Assembly (NCBI GenBank): GCA_031270585.1
Contig: JAISXK010000130.1
Coordinates: 1-39,612, forward strand
Source of the DNA: Clostridiales bacterium
GTDB lineage: Bacteria > Bacillota > Clostridia > Christensenellales > CAG-138
DNA: 39,612 bases
Reading direction: 5' to 3'
The notes under the pieces are model-generated. The model was not told where the DNA came from and ran no database searches. It saw nothing but the letters and a program-made list of their open reading frames with translations. The position numbers and the translations under genes are program-made. Position 1 is the first letter of the stretch. Every line of letters starts with the position of its first letter. Below are positions 25,911 through 34,600 of this stretch, piece after piece.

Positions 25911-27032
25911 TTATTCATCCTCTTCCTCTTCAAACGCGAGTTCTTCAATATCCATACTGTCAAATGTGCCGGGTTGGGCGGCTTCTTCTTCCGCCGCCGC
26001 GTCCTGCGCGCCGGCTTCTTCTTCCGCAGCCGCGATGGGTTCGTCGGCGGCCATCGCGGCCTGCCTGCGCCGCCGTGAAAAACCGCCGCGCTTTGCCGGC
26101 GGCGACTTCTCACTGGCCGGCTCTTCGGCCGTATGCTCTTCGGCCGTATGCTCTTTGGCCGTATGCTCTTTGGCCGTCGGCGTTTTCTGCGCGGGCTGGC
26201 CCTGCGGCTGCGGGGCGGCAAGCGGTACGGGCGCGAACCCGTTTTTGGTGAATTCGTAGATTTCCGTAAAGCCTGCATCCCAAAGCAACTGTTCCATTTC
26301 GGCAAAGCCAAAGTCGAGCTGTTTGGCGCTATGCGCGCCGGAGCTCACAACGACGCGCGCGTTCATCTGCCTTGCGTAATCCAAAAGGAACAGGGCGGGG
26401 CAGGGCTCGCCGGAAAGTTCGTTGAACAAAATGCCGGTGTTTACTTCAAGATATTTGCCGCTGCGTATCACAGCCTGAAGCGCCTGGCGCGCGGCATTGC
26501 GGTACGTCTCGCTATATTCGTCAAAATACAAATTGCCATGGTTGTATAAACGCACCAGATCAAAGTGGCCCATAATATCGGCGTGTTCCGTGCTTGCAAA
26601 CGCGGCCACGCTCTCAAAATAGGCAAGCGCCAATAGCATGCTGTCGCCGCCAAAGCCCTTCACAATGGCGTCTTCCAGCCGCTCGGGCGAATGATCCACG
26701 CGATAGCGCACGCCGTCTTTCACCACATAATGTACGGAACCTATGGTGTAATCGTAAGATTTTGGGTTGTGCAATTGACAGCTGTCGTTTTCGAGCCCCT
26801 TAAAGATATCGATCACGCCGGAATATTCCGCCTTAAGGCCGTCGATTACGTAAGGGTAGGAAAGCATGCTTTCCGACGACATACTGCCGGATTGCTTATC
26901 AAACCAGACATAGCCGTAATCCGAAAACCCCAACGAATGAAAGCCGCGTTTGATGGCGGCCTCCACCATTTCGCGCGGGGTGTTTTTGCCGTCGCAGAAC
27001 GTCGTGTGCGTATGCAGATTGGATCGTATCAT
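25911..27032 (-). CDS. PHP-family histidinol-phosphatase-like protein (HisJ family) with ~105-aa acidic low-complexity C-terminal tail
   Basis: The N-terminus NLHTHTTFCDGKNT is the PHP/HisJ metal-binding motif. The start is set at ATG 27032, after GGGAGA. The tail runs PQPQGQPAQKTPTAKEHTAKEHTAEEHTAEE...DIEELAFEEEEDE. Confidence 0.8.
   Translation of the reverse strand: MIRSNLHTHTTFCDGKNTPREMVEAAIKRGFHSLGFSDYGYVWFDKQSGSMSSESMLSYPYVIDGLKAEYSGVIDIFKGLENDSCQLHNPKSYDYTIGSVHYVVKDGVRYRVDHSPERLEDAIVKGFGGDSMLLALAYFESVAAFASTEHADIMGHFDLVRLYNHGNLYFDEYSETYRNAARQALQAVIRSGKYLEVNTGILFNELSGEPCPALFLLDYARQMNARVVVSSGAHSAKQLDFGFAEMEQLLWDAGFTEIYEFTKNGFAPVPLAAPQPQGQPAQKTPTAKEHTAKEHTAEEHTAEEPASEKSPPAKRGGFSRRRRQAAMAADEPIAAAEEEAGAQDAAAEEEAAQPGTFDSMDIEELAFEEEEDE
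26121..26180. repeat. 4 x 15-bp in-frame tandem repeat (ctctt[c/t]ggccgtatg) inside the PHP phosphatase tail
   Basis: Units at 26121-26135, 26136-26150, 26151-26165 and 26166-26180. Units 1 and 2 are identical, as are 3 and 4 apart from the last 3 nt. Together they encode (K/E)EHTA x4. Confidence 0.9.
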
Positions 27033-27200
27033 CGTGTAATCTCCCGCCTGGTTTTTTTCGATTCGCATGGTACCCGCCGCGTGCCGGGCAACAGCCCGCG
27101 CCCATCCTTTATTTTACCATAATCCGCCGCAAAGGTTGCTTTTTTTTCATTTCTTTTATACATTATGTGAAAGGCTGTATAAAAGGCGGTAAATACACCC

Positions 27201-27935
27201 ATGGCAAGGATATGGGCGCACCGGGGCGCCAGCGCATACGCGCCCGAAAACACAATGGAAGCGTTTGAAAAAGCCGTGCGGCTTGGCGCGCAGGGCGTTG
27301 AGCTGGACGTGCATCTGAGCGCGGATGGCGAGCTTATGGTGATACACGATGAGGATATCGCGCGCACTTCGGACGGCGCGGGCCGCGTGGCGGATATGAC
27401 GCTCGCGCAATTGCGCGCTTTCAACTACAACAAAGGGTTTGAGGATACATATAAAATGGCGGCCATACCCACGCTGGCCGAGGTGTATGAACTGATAAAG
27501 CCCTGCGGCATACTTGTGAATGTAGAGGTAAAGACCAACGCCAACATTTACCCCGGCATAGAACGAAAGCTCATCCGCATGGAAACGGACATGGGCATGC
27601 GGGGCAGGGTGCTGTATTCATCCTTCAACCATTACACGCTGGGCAGATTAAAAAGTATTAACCGCAAAGCGGTACTGGGCGTACTGTATGTCAACGCCCT
27701 GCTGGAACCCTGGCGCTACGCCAAACACATAGGCGCGCAGGCTTTGCACCCCCGTTACGAATACATCTACCGCTACCCCGGCTTTATTGAGCGCGCGCAT
27801 GCCTGCGGTATTATCGTAAACGCGTGGACGGTTAACGAAGCGGCGGATATTGCGCGCCTGAGCGATATGGGCGCGGATGTGCTGATCACGGACAAGCCCG
27901 ATCTGCGGATCGAAACGGGCCGGCAGCGACCGTAA
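27201..27935 (+). CDS. glycerophosphodiester phosphodiesterase
   Basis: IWAHRGASAYAPENTMEAFEKAVRLGAQGVELDVHLSADGELMVIHD is the canonical GDPD N-terminal catalytic motif. Confidence 0.9.
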   Translation: MARIWAHRGASAYAPENTMEAFEKAVRLGAQGVELDVHLSADGELMVIHDEDIARTSDGAGRVADMTLAQLRAFNYNKGFEDTYKMAAIPTLAEVYELIKPCGILVNVEVKTNANIYPGIERKLIRMETDMGMRGRVLYSSFNHYTLGRLKSINRKAVLGVLYVNALLEPWRYAKHIGAQALHPRYEYIYRYPGFIERAHACGIIVNAWTVNEAADIARLSDMGADVLITDKPDLRIETGRQRP

Positions 27936-27948
27936 GCGCTATGGGGGA

Positions 27949-30900
27949 TTACGGTTGCCGCGCCAGCAGCTTGTATTCTTCCATAGCGGCGTCTGAAACA
28001 TGAAAATAGCTTTGCACGGCCTTGAGCGCGTGCGCGGGGCGCGCATCCAGGCAATCGCGCAGGGCCTTTATGTTTTCTTCCCATTTTCGAAGTGAGGCCG
28101 GGTAGCCCCAGCGTTTGATGTGCCTTTCCATCTCGGGGCGCAGCGCGGCGGCCGTTTCATCCAGCAGCATCGTGAGCCGCTGGGCGTTGAAGTGGTTTTC
28201 CACTACGTACACATAGCGTTTGACAAAGCGATCGCACCACGCGGCATTGTTGGGCAGTCCGCAAAACATATCCATATTGGTAAGGCTCTCATCCCGCGAG
28301 GGCACGCCCATGTAGTTGAAGTAGGAGGGCAGTATGTTGCGCGTGGGGCTGTTGGCGGAAAACCCAAAATCCAAATCAAACAGAACGGGCCGCCATTTTA
28401 CGGCGTAATCCTGGCTGCGCCAATATTTCTGGTTAAACATATCGCCGTTTGCGAAGTATGTTTGCGTGATAAGGTAATCAATCACATAATCCATATCCAC
28501 GACCGCGCAATACGCCTCGTATTTTTCTACGGAGGAAAGGTCGCCCCGCCCCAGTTCGCGTATGCGCTTATAATCGCGGTTGCTGCCGGCAAGCGTCGAT
28601 ACGTTGCGGCGCACGATATCCACGGCGTCCCGATCCACGCCGTAATGGGCGGCAAGGTAGTCTTCGTTCTGGTTCTCATCCAAATCATATATGCCCCAGT
28701 ATTTGCCGTTCAAATACATCACCACGGGACGCGTGGCGATAGTATCCACAAAAAGCCCTTCTGCGGCCAGCGAAAAAAATGAATTCCTCAACCGGGCGCG
28801 ATCGTGATCCTGCCCGCTGTTGCGTATGGTCAGGCTTTTGAACGACTGGATTTCATACCCCGGAAAGAACGGATACGTGACTTCGTCGCGCCCATATCCC
28901 CCGCGAAAAAACATGGTGAATGATTTTTGCGCATATACAAGCGTGGAAGCGCCCGTGGCGCGCAACCCGCAATTGCCGGCCGTGCCTATCCGTCCCCCGG
29001 CCTCAAAATACGCCATATGTACCTCGCGCTCCACGCGCTCGGCGCGTTCCTGCGCGGCATATACGGCGTCAATATCCGATTGGCCGCCCGTCAGGCAAAT
29101 AACCGGCAGCGTATGCTCTTCTTCAAACAGATATGTCTGGGTGGCGGTTTCGCTTTCCAAAAGGCCGTCGCGCAGGGCGATGGCGCGCACCGGCGTATTG
29201 GCGCCGATTGTAATCGGCGCGGTATAGAGGGCCGTATCCCCCGTAGGCTTTGTGCCGTCGAGCGTATAGTATATACGCGCGCCGGGCGTATTGCAGCTGA
29301 TCGTCAGCGTAAACGGCGCGGCATGGTAAAGCGACGTTTGCGAGAACACCGGTGTACTTGTCTGGCCGGCGTATGCGCGGCCGCTGTTGATGGCGCCGGG
29401 AGAGGGGGTAAAATAAAATACACGCCGGCCCATGGGGTCGCCTTCGTCGCGCCCCGCCGTTATATTGGCGCGCAGAGCCCCCGTTTGAAAATAATCGCGC
29501 AGTATCCCGCCGGGATCGGTCAAAAATATGGTCTCCCCGCCGGAGGATACGCAAAATGTGCCGGTGGTATCCGTTTGCCGGGCCGTGCGGGAGGACGTAT
29601 ACAGTAAAGCGTATCCCCCGGCCGGCACCGTTAAGGATTGTATCCGGTATTTGTCATACGCGTCGATATCATCGCTCACATACCAGCCGGCCAGGCTGAT
29701 ATTCTTGCCGGTAGGGTTATAAAACTCAATCCAGTCGGGCTTTTTGCTTTTGGCGGTAGCTACCGCCCGCACCTCGCTGATGTATACGCCGCTGGCGTTG
29801 CGCGCGGGTACGGCGGATAGCGACTCAAACGCGGCGCTGTCGTTTTGCGCCAGCGGGGTGGGCGTGGCAAAATAACGGATATTGCCGGTCCCATCCCTGC
29901 CCATGGATACATTCGCTCTGATGGCGGCGTCAAGCGGTATCACATCCTGCGTCACGTTACCAAGGTTGGTGAGCATCATCACCTCGTTGGACGCGCTAAG
30001 CCCGAAGGAAGCGTGCAGCTCGCCCTCTTTTCTATCCTTACCCGAAAGAAACACCAGCGTATAGCCGTCCGGCTCTATCGTCATATCGGGCAGCAGCCAC
30101 TTGGCGGGGTTGTTTGATTCATCCGAAAGCGCGTACCCCAGCAGCGATACCGGCTGTGAAGAGCGGTTGTAGAGTTCCACCCATTCATAGCGGTCGCCGT
30201 CGCTGTCCGCAATGCTGTAGCTGTTCTTTATCAACACCTCGTTTAATATAACCGGTGCGTCGTCCCCCATGGGGGTAGGTGTGAGCGACTCAAATAGGAT
30301 GGCGCTGTTTTCTTCGCCCGGTGTGGGCACGGCGGTATACATGGTTTGGCCGCCCGCACTAACGGCGGCGATATTGGGCGCCATGGGCAATTGCCAGGCA
30401 AGCTCACTTACCACATTGCCATGGCTGTTGCTCAAATAAAGCCCGCTATCCGCGCTGCCCAGCCCAAATCCCGCATGTATTTCGCCATCGGCGCCATCCT
30501 TGTTATCGCTGAAATATACGATAGCCCGCTCGCCGGGCAAAAGCGCCACGTCGGGCAATCGCCACTTTAAAAAATTGGCGGTGTTGTCGGATAGATAGTA
30601 TTCCAGCAGGCGCGCGGGCTCGTGCCCCGCGTTGTACAGTTCGGCCCAGGGGTAGCGGCGGCCGTCCTTTGCGGTGTGGCCGTTTTGATTAACGGGCATC
30701 ACCTCGCTTAGCTCTACGAGCGCGCCGGCGCTGGCATAGGATACACTTTCAAGGTTATCCGCAATCAGCGTCGTGTTGGGGCCGCCCGGCGTGGGCACGC
30801 CGCAGTAGCCAAAAGCGCCGCTTTCGCTTAGCGCATAGGATACGTCCTGCGGCAGGGGCGGGATATCCACGCTATCCAATATGGCAAGATAGCGATCCGT

Positions 30901-31299
30901 CAGATACAGGCTTTCGCCGCTTTTGGATAGCCCGAAGCCCGTGTGGTATACCCCGTCCGGCAGCGCGCCATCATAGCCGGTACAGTACAGTATGAAATAA
31001 GCGCCCGGCTGCAGCGATATGGCGGGCAACGCGTATTTTCGCGGCTCGCGGATGTTATCGCTCAAATGGCAGCCCGCCAGGCTGATGGGGTGGTCGGCGG
31101 AATTGTATAATTCTATCCAATCGGGCGTGCCCAACGTATCCTCCACAAGCGAATTGCCGTTGGACGTGACCATCTCGCTGATGAATATGCCGGGGGAAAA
31201 AGACATGTTGGCGCCCGTAAAAAACGTGCAGCCACAGCAAACCAGAACCGGCAGAAAACACAATGAGATGAGAATACATTTGCGAAAAAGCGGCTTCAT
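27949..31299 (-). CDS. CotH kinase family protein with four lamin-tail domains and a chitobiase/Fn3-associated-like domain
   Basis: Four LTD-type repeats: PDWIELYNSADHPISLAGCHLSDN, YPWAELYNAGHEPARLLEYYLSDN, YEWVELYNRSSQPVSLLGYALSDE and PDWIEFYNPTGKNISLAGWYVSDD. One GARIYYTLDGTKPT module. The C-terminal CotH region includes YLNGKYWGIYDLDENQNEDYL. The start is set at ATG 31299 (MKPLFRKCILISLCFLPVLV, a signal or anchor sequence). The track ORF (to 31650) overlaps spoIID and its promoter. Confidence 0.83.
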   Translation of the reverse strand: MKPLFRKCILISLCFLPVLVCCGCTFFTGANMSFSPGIFISEMVTSNGNSLVEDTLGTPDWIELYNSADHPISLAGCHLSDNIREPRKYALPAISLQPGAYFILYCTGYDGALPDGVYHTGFGLSKSGESLYLTDRYLAILDSVDIPPLPQDVSYALSESGAFGYCGVPTPGGPNTTLIADNLESVSYASAGALVELSEVMPVNQNGHTAKDGRRYPWAELYNAGHEPARLLEYYLSDNTANFLKWRLPDVALLPGERAIVYFSDNKDGADGEIHAGFGLGSADSGLYLSNSHGNVVSELAWQLPMAPNIAAVSAGGQTMYTAVPTPGEENSAILFESLTPTPMGDDAPVILNEVLIKNSYSIADSDGDRYEWVELYNRSSQPVSLLGYALSDESNNPAKWLLPDMTIEPDGYTLVFLSGKDRKEGELHASFGLSASNEVMMLTNLGNVTQDVIPLDAAIRANVSMGRDGTGNIRYFATPTPLAQNDSAAFESLSAVPARNASGVYISEVRAVATAKSKKPDWIEFYNPTGKNISLAGWYVSDDIDAYDKYRIQSLTVPAGGYALLYTSSRTARQTDTTGTFCVSSGGETIFLTDPGGILRDYFQTGALRANITAGRDEGDPMGRRVFYFTPSPGAINSGRAYAGQTSTPVFSQTSLYHAAPFTLTISCNTPGARIYYTLDGTKPTGDTALYTAPITIGANTPVRAIALRDGLLESETATQTYLFEEEHTLPVICLTGGQSDIDAVYAAQERAERVEREVHMAYFEAGGRIGTAGNCGLRATGASTLVYAQKSFTMFFRGGYGRDEVTYPFFPGYEIQSFKSLTIRNSGQDHDRARLRNSFFSLAAEGLFVDTIATRPVVMYLNGKYWGIYDLDENQNEDYLAAHYGVDRDAVDIVRRNVSTLAGSNRDYKRIRELGRGDLSSVEKYEAYCAVVDMDYVIDYLITQTYFANGDMFNQKYWRSQDYAVKWRPVLFDLDFGFSANSPTRNILPSYFNYMGVPSRDESLTNMDMFCGLPNNAAWCDRFVKRYVYVVENHFNAQRLTMLLDETAAALRPEMERHIKRWGYPASLRKWEENIKALRDCLDARPAHALKAVQSYFHVSDAAMEEYKLLARQP

Positions 31300-31434
31300 G
31301 TAAAGCGACAATTTTCCTTTCAATTTTACAGGATCAGTATACCACACGCAGAAGGATCGGGCCAGCCACTTAGCGGCGGAATTTGAGGCCGTACCGCCGT
31401 CATAAGCGCGAAATCGTTCTTCACGCGAATACCC

Positions 31435-31463
31435 GCATGTTAACCTGTGCGCCCTCATACAAT
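31435..31463 (+). promoter_or_regulatory. sigma-E-type sporulation promoter upstream of spoIID
   Basis: GCATGTT (31435-31441), a 14-nt spacer, then CATACAAT (31456-31463). As I recall it, the B. subtilis sigma-E consensus is kmATAtt-14-CATACAmT, giving one mismatch in the -35. spoIID is sigma-E dependent in Bacillus. Confidence 0.45.
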
Positions 31464-31498
31464 TTTCGTAGGCGTTGAAAGGCGGGGGTATAGACGGC

Positions 31499-32491
31499 AT
31501 GCGGTTTAATTGGAAAAGGCTTTGCCTGCTTGCGGGATTGATTGCGCTTGTCATACTGCTCGTGCGCGGGTGCCTTTTCGCGCGCGGCGCCCAGAGCGCC
31601 AAAAGCGGCGAACCCGCCCAAAGGGAAACCGGTGAGGAGCGCATGATCACGCTTTACGACAGTGACATGAAAAAGGCGGGAAAAATCCCGCTGGAAGAAT
31701 ATTTAACCGGCGTGGTGGCGGGGGAAATGCCCGCCGCTTTTCATGAGGAGGCGCTAAAATCCCAAGCGGTGGTGGCAAGAACCTATACCTTGCGCAAAAT
31801 AGAAGAGGGCGGCTGCCCCAGTGGCTACGATATCTGCACGAGCAGCAAATGCTGCCAGGCGTATGATACCGCCGCCGCCTGCCGGGATAAATGGGGCATA
31901 GCCTACGACGCCAACATACGCAAAGTGAAAAACGCCGTGCGGCAAACGCGGGACGAGGCGCTTTATTACGGCGGGGAGCTTATCGAGGCGCTTTACCACG
32001 CGGCGTCCGGCGGGCAAACGGAGGATAGCGAAAACGTATTCGCATCCGCCCGGCCGTATTTGCGCGGCGTAAAGAGCGAAAACGAGGTGGGCTCTTCACA
32101 CCTGACGGATACACGGACTTTCACGCGAAAGGATTTTGTTACGAAAATAAACAAAAACTGGCCCAAGGCCGTGTTGAAGGCCGGCAAGCTGGAAAGCCAG
32201 CTGGAAGTGCTGATCAGATACGAAAGCGGCCGCGTAAAAACGGTGCAGTTGGGCGCGGTGAATGTGAGCGGCCGCGAACTGCGCGGCGCGCTGGGGTTGC
32301 CCAGCGCCTGGTTTACCATAACGCTTACGGCGGATAACGTCAGCATCCACACGCGCGGGTATGGGCATGGCGTGGGCATGAGTCAAACGGGCGCGAACGG
32401 TATGGCCGTCGAAGGGGCGGATTACCGCGAGATACTGGCGCATTATTACACCGGCGCCATAATCAAAAGCGCGGCGTTATATGAAGCCTGA
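31499..32491 (+). CDS. spoIID: stage II sporulation protein D (SpoIID/LytB domain lytic transglycosylase)
   Basis: N-terminal TM anchor, then SQAVVARTYTL, YHAASGGQTEDSENVF and GHGVGMSQTGANGMA, which are the SpoIID family blocks. The start is set at ATG 31499; the track TTG at 31475 would lie at or before the predicted TSS. Confidence 0.86.
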   Translation: MRFNWKRLCLLAGLIALVILLVRGCLFARGAQSAKSGEPAQRETGEERMITLYDSDMKKAGKIPLEEYLTGVVAGEMPAAFHEEALKSQAVVARTYTLRKIEEGGCPSGYDICTSSKCCQAYDTAAACRDKWGIAYDANIRKVKNAVRQTRDEALYYGGELIEALYHAASGGQTEDSENVFASARPYLRGVKSENEVGSSHLTDTRTFTRKDFVTKINKNWPKAVLKAGKLESQLEVLIRYESGRVKTVQLGAVNVSGRELRGALGLPSAWFTITLTADNVSIHTRGYGHGVGMSQTGANGMAVEGADYREILAHYYTGAIIKSAALYEA

Positions 32492-32548
32492 AAGTTACTT
32501 TAGATAGAGGAATGGCGCAAATATGGTTTGTTGGTGCGGGGGTAAGCG

Positions 32549-33109
32549 TTAATCCAGCAGCAGTTGCAGCAGTATATCGGTGTTTGGCTCGCCGTTTAAA
32601 AGGCCGTGCAACGCCAGCCCGTCAAGCAGCGCAATGTAGCTGTGGCTAAACGCGCGAAAGCGCTTTGACGCGGCGTCGGTGAGCTTGAGCGCACCCATCT
32701 CCGCCAGCAGCGCCCATTCCTTTTGATAGGATAGCATCAACGCGCGCAACGGCCCGTCTTCGCGCAGCGCCTCGCTGAACAGCGCGAAATACAATTTTAA
32801 AAAACCGCCGGTTCTGTTTAGCTGTTTATGCAGCATGGCCACGGCGTCCCTTGCGGCCATGGCGGCGGTGACGCTATCCAGCCAGGCATAAAACGCTTCC
32901 GTAATATGCGCGAAGTACTGCTCCGTAATTTCCACAACCAGCATATCCTTACCGGGGTAATGGTAATACAGCGTGCCTTTTGAAAGTCCGGCAGCGTCGG
33001 CGATATCCTGCAGGCTCGTCGCATAAACCCCGTTGCCGCAAAACAGCTTTGCGGCAGTTTGGCGTATACTCTCGCGGGTTTCTTCCGACTCGGGGTTTTT
33101 ACGCGCCAT
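32549..33109 (-). CDS. TetR/AcrR family transcriptional regulator
   Basis: N-terminal HTH ATSLQDIADAAGLSKGTLYYHYPGKD. 186 aa. Confidence 0.9.
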   Translation of the reverse strand: MARKNPESEETRESIRQTAAKLFCGNGVYATSLQDIADAAGLSKGTLYYHYPGKDMLVVEITEQYFAHITEAFYAWLDSVTAAMAARDAVAMLHKQLNRTGGFLKLYFALFSEALREDGPLRALMLSYQKEWALLAEMGALKLTDAASKRFRAFSHSYIALLDGLALHGLLNGEPNTDILLQLLLD

Positions 33110-33287
33110 AGCACACTCCCTTGGCAGCTTTTGCGGCAGAAGGATCCTTTAGGGCGGTTTCAAACATGCCCTTAATTTTACCTGTAGTATAGCCCGCGAG
33201 GTTGCGCGCCGTCAAGCGTTGGGGTATACTTAACATATGAGGCGGTTTCTTTGCGGGTTCTGATGTCTTGTACGGCGGCCGCAGCAA

Positions 33288-33320
33288 ATTGCCTCATTCG
33301 GCAATACGGGCATAATGCCC
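33288..33320. promoter_or_regulatory. two adjacent inverted repeats (candidate TetR operator) in the tetR/fprA divergent region
   Basis: ATTGCC-tcattc-GGCAAT (33288-33305) and the perfect palindrome GGGCAT-A-ATGCCC (33308-33320). They lie 35-65 nt upstream of the fprA ATG. Confidence 0.3.
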
Positions 33321-33354
33321 GCGCCATCCGCAAAATACGAAAGGAGCCCGCGTG

Positions 33355-34563
33355 ATGAAAGACCCGCAAAGGCCCGTGCGCCTGTTTGAAAATATTCACT
33401 GGGTTGGCGCGCTTAACCCGGAACTAAAACGTTTTGATGTGGTGATGGAAACAAAATACGGCACAAGCTACAATTCGTACCTCGTGCAGGGGCGGCAAAA
33501 GACTGCTTTGATAGACACCGTAAAACGCGGTTTTTTTGATAAAAGCGCGCGGCTGATACGCCAACTGACAGATTTTAAAGACATCGATTATATCGTCATG
33601 CAGCATACCGAGCCGGATCACAGCGGTTCCATTGCGGAACTGGCGGCGCTTGCCCCCAACGCGCGGATACTTTGCGGCAAGCCCGCTTCGCTCTACCTGC
33701 CGCGTATTGCCAACAGGGATTTGAACATCACCGTAATAAAGGATGGGGATACGCTGGATTTGGGCGGCCGCACGCTTACTTTTATCGGCGCGCCGTTTTT
33801 GCACTGGCCCGACACCATGTTCACCTATGACGACGTTTCGGGCGCGCTCTTTACCTGCGACGCTTTTGGTTGTCATTACGCGGCGGAAAATATACTCGAA
33901 AGCAAAACCGACGAAACCTTTAAAGAGGCGCGGCGGTATTATTATGATTGCATCGTGGCGCCGTTCGCGCCGCATGTAATCAAGGCGATCGAGCATGTGA
34001 ACGAACTGCACCTGGAAAAAATCAGCGCCGTACTGCCAAGCCATGGCCCCGCGCTCGATCAGGATCCGTTGGGCGCCATCGCGCTTTACCACGAATGGGC
34101 GCGCGAAATGGGCCCCACAAGCGGGCGCGGCGTTTTCATTGGCTATGTAAGCTGCTATGGCTATACGCGACTCATGGCGGAAAAATTGCGTGATTGCCTC
34201 GCGCAGGCAGGCGCCGAAGTGGATATGGCGGATTTTACCGACATCACAGTTGAGGAGGCCGTCCGCCGCATACACAGGGCGGATGTGCTGGCCATAGGTT
34301 GCCCCACCGTTAACGCCGACGCCCTGCCGCCCGTGTGGGAGGCGCTGGCGCATAGCAGCGTGCCGCTGATCAGGGGGCGCGGCGCCGTTGTGTTTGGCTC
34401 TTACGGGTGGAGCGGTGAGGCCGTGCCCATGTTGGAACAGCGTTTGGCGGGTCTGTCCTGCAAGGTGCTGGGCAGCGTGAAGGCGCGGTTTTTGCCCGAC
34501 GAGGCCGCGTTGGATGAGGTTGCGGCGCTGGCCGGTAAAGTCGCGGCGGCGTTGCGCTTGTAG
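33355..34563 (+). CDS. FprA-family A-type flavoprotein (flavodiiron protein; MBL-like plus flavodoxin-like domains)
   Basis: The N-terminus I.WVGA.....R.FD......YGTSYNSYLV and the di-iron motif HTEPDHSGS, plus a C-terminal flavodoxin-like region. ATG 33355 lies 8 nt after AAAGGAG. Confidence 0.86.
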   Translation: MKDPQRPVRLFENIHWVGALNPELKRFDVVMETKYGTSYNSYLVQGRQKTALIDTVKRGFFDKSARLIRQLTDFKDIDYIVMQHTEPDHSGSIAELAALAPNARILCGKPASLYLPRIANRDLNITVIKDGDTLDLGGRTLTFIGAPFLHWPDTMFTYDDVSGALFTCDAFGCHYAAENILESKTDETFKEARRYYYDCIVAPFAPHVIKAIEHVNELHLEKISAVLPSHGPALDQDPLGAIALYHEWAREMGPTSGRGVFIGYVSCYGYTRLMAEKLRDCLAQAGAEVDMADFTDITVEEAVRRIHRADVLAIGCPTVNADALPPVWEALAHSSVPLIRGRGAVVFGSYGWSGEAVPMLEQRLAGLSCKVLGSVKARFLPDEAALDEVAALAGKVAAALRL

Positions 34564-34600
34564 GTAACCGCCGGTTATAACGACTATTTTAGGGGGATGT

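Noticed and set aside
26121-26180. Whether the tandem 15-bp repeats, or the 21-bp repeats at 36716-36763, could be a CRISPR array or a minisatellite of a mobile element.
   Set aside because: The 15-bp units are contiguous, in-frame and coding. The 21-bp repeat has only two copies with a 6-bp spacer. There are no cas genes, no spacers of CRISPR length and no transposase or integrase.
25823-26311. 162-aa extremely basic ORF (..RRKRRRPKSIRPKSIRPKSIRPKS..) on the same strand as the PHP phosphatase but in another frame, which raises the idea of an overlapping gene or programmed frameshift.
   Set aside because: It is the expected frame-shifted reading of a GAA/GAG-rich acidic tail and its 15-bp repeats. 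I saw no slippery site, SD or independent start context.
31300-31650. The 117-codon 5' extension of the CotH ORF (the 1233-aa track version), which overlaps the spoIID start and promoter.
   Set aside because: The internal ATG at 31299 is followed by a typical signal or anchor sequence and preceded by AAAGGAAAA. The extension is compositionally odd and would run through the divergent promoter region.
32117-32132. parS-like sequence ACTTTCACGCGAAAGG inside spoIID. Other GTGAAACA half-sites occur near 3011 and 16218.
   Set aside because: It matches only 11 of 16 positions of TGTTTCACGTGAAACA and is not palindromic at the outer positions. The other sites are single half-sites.
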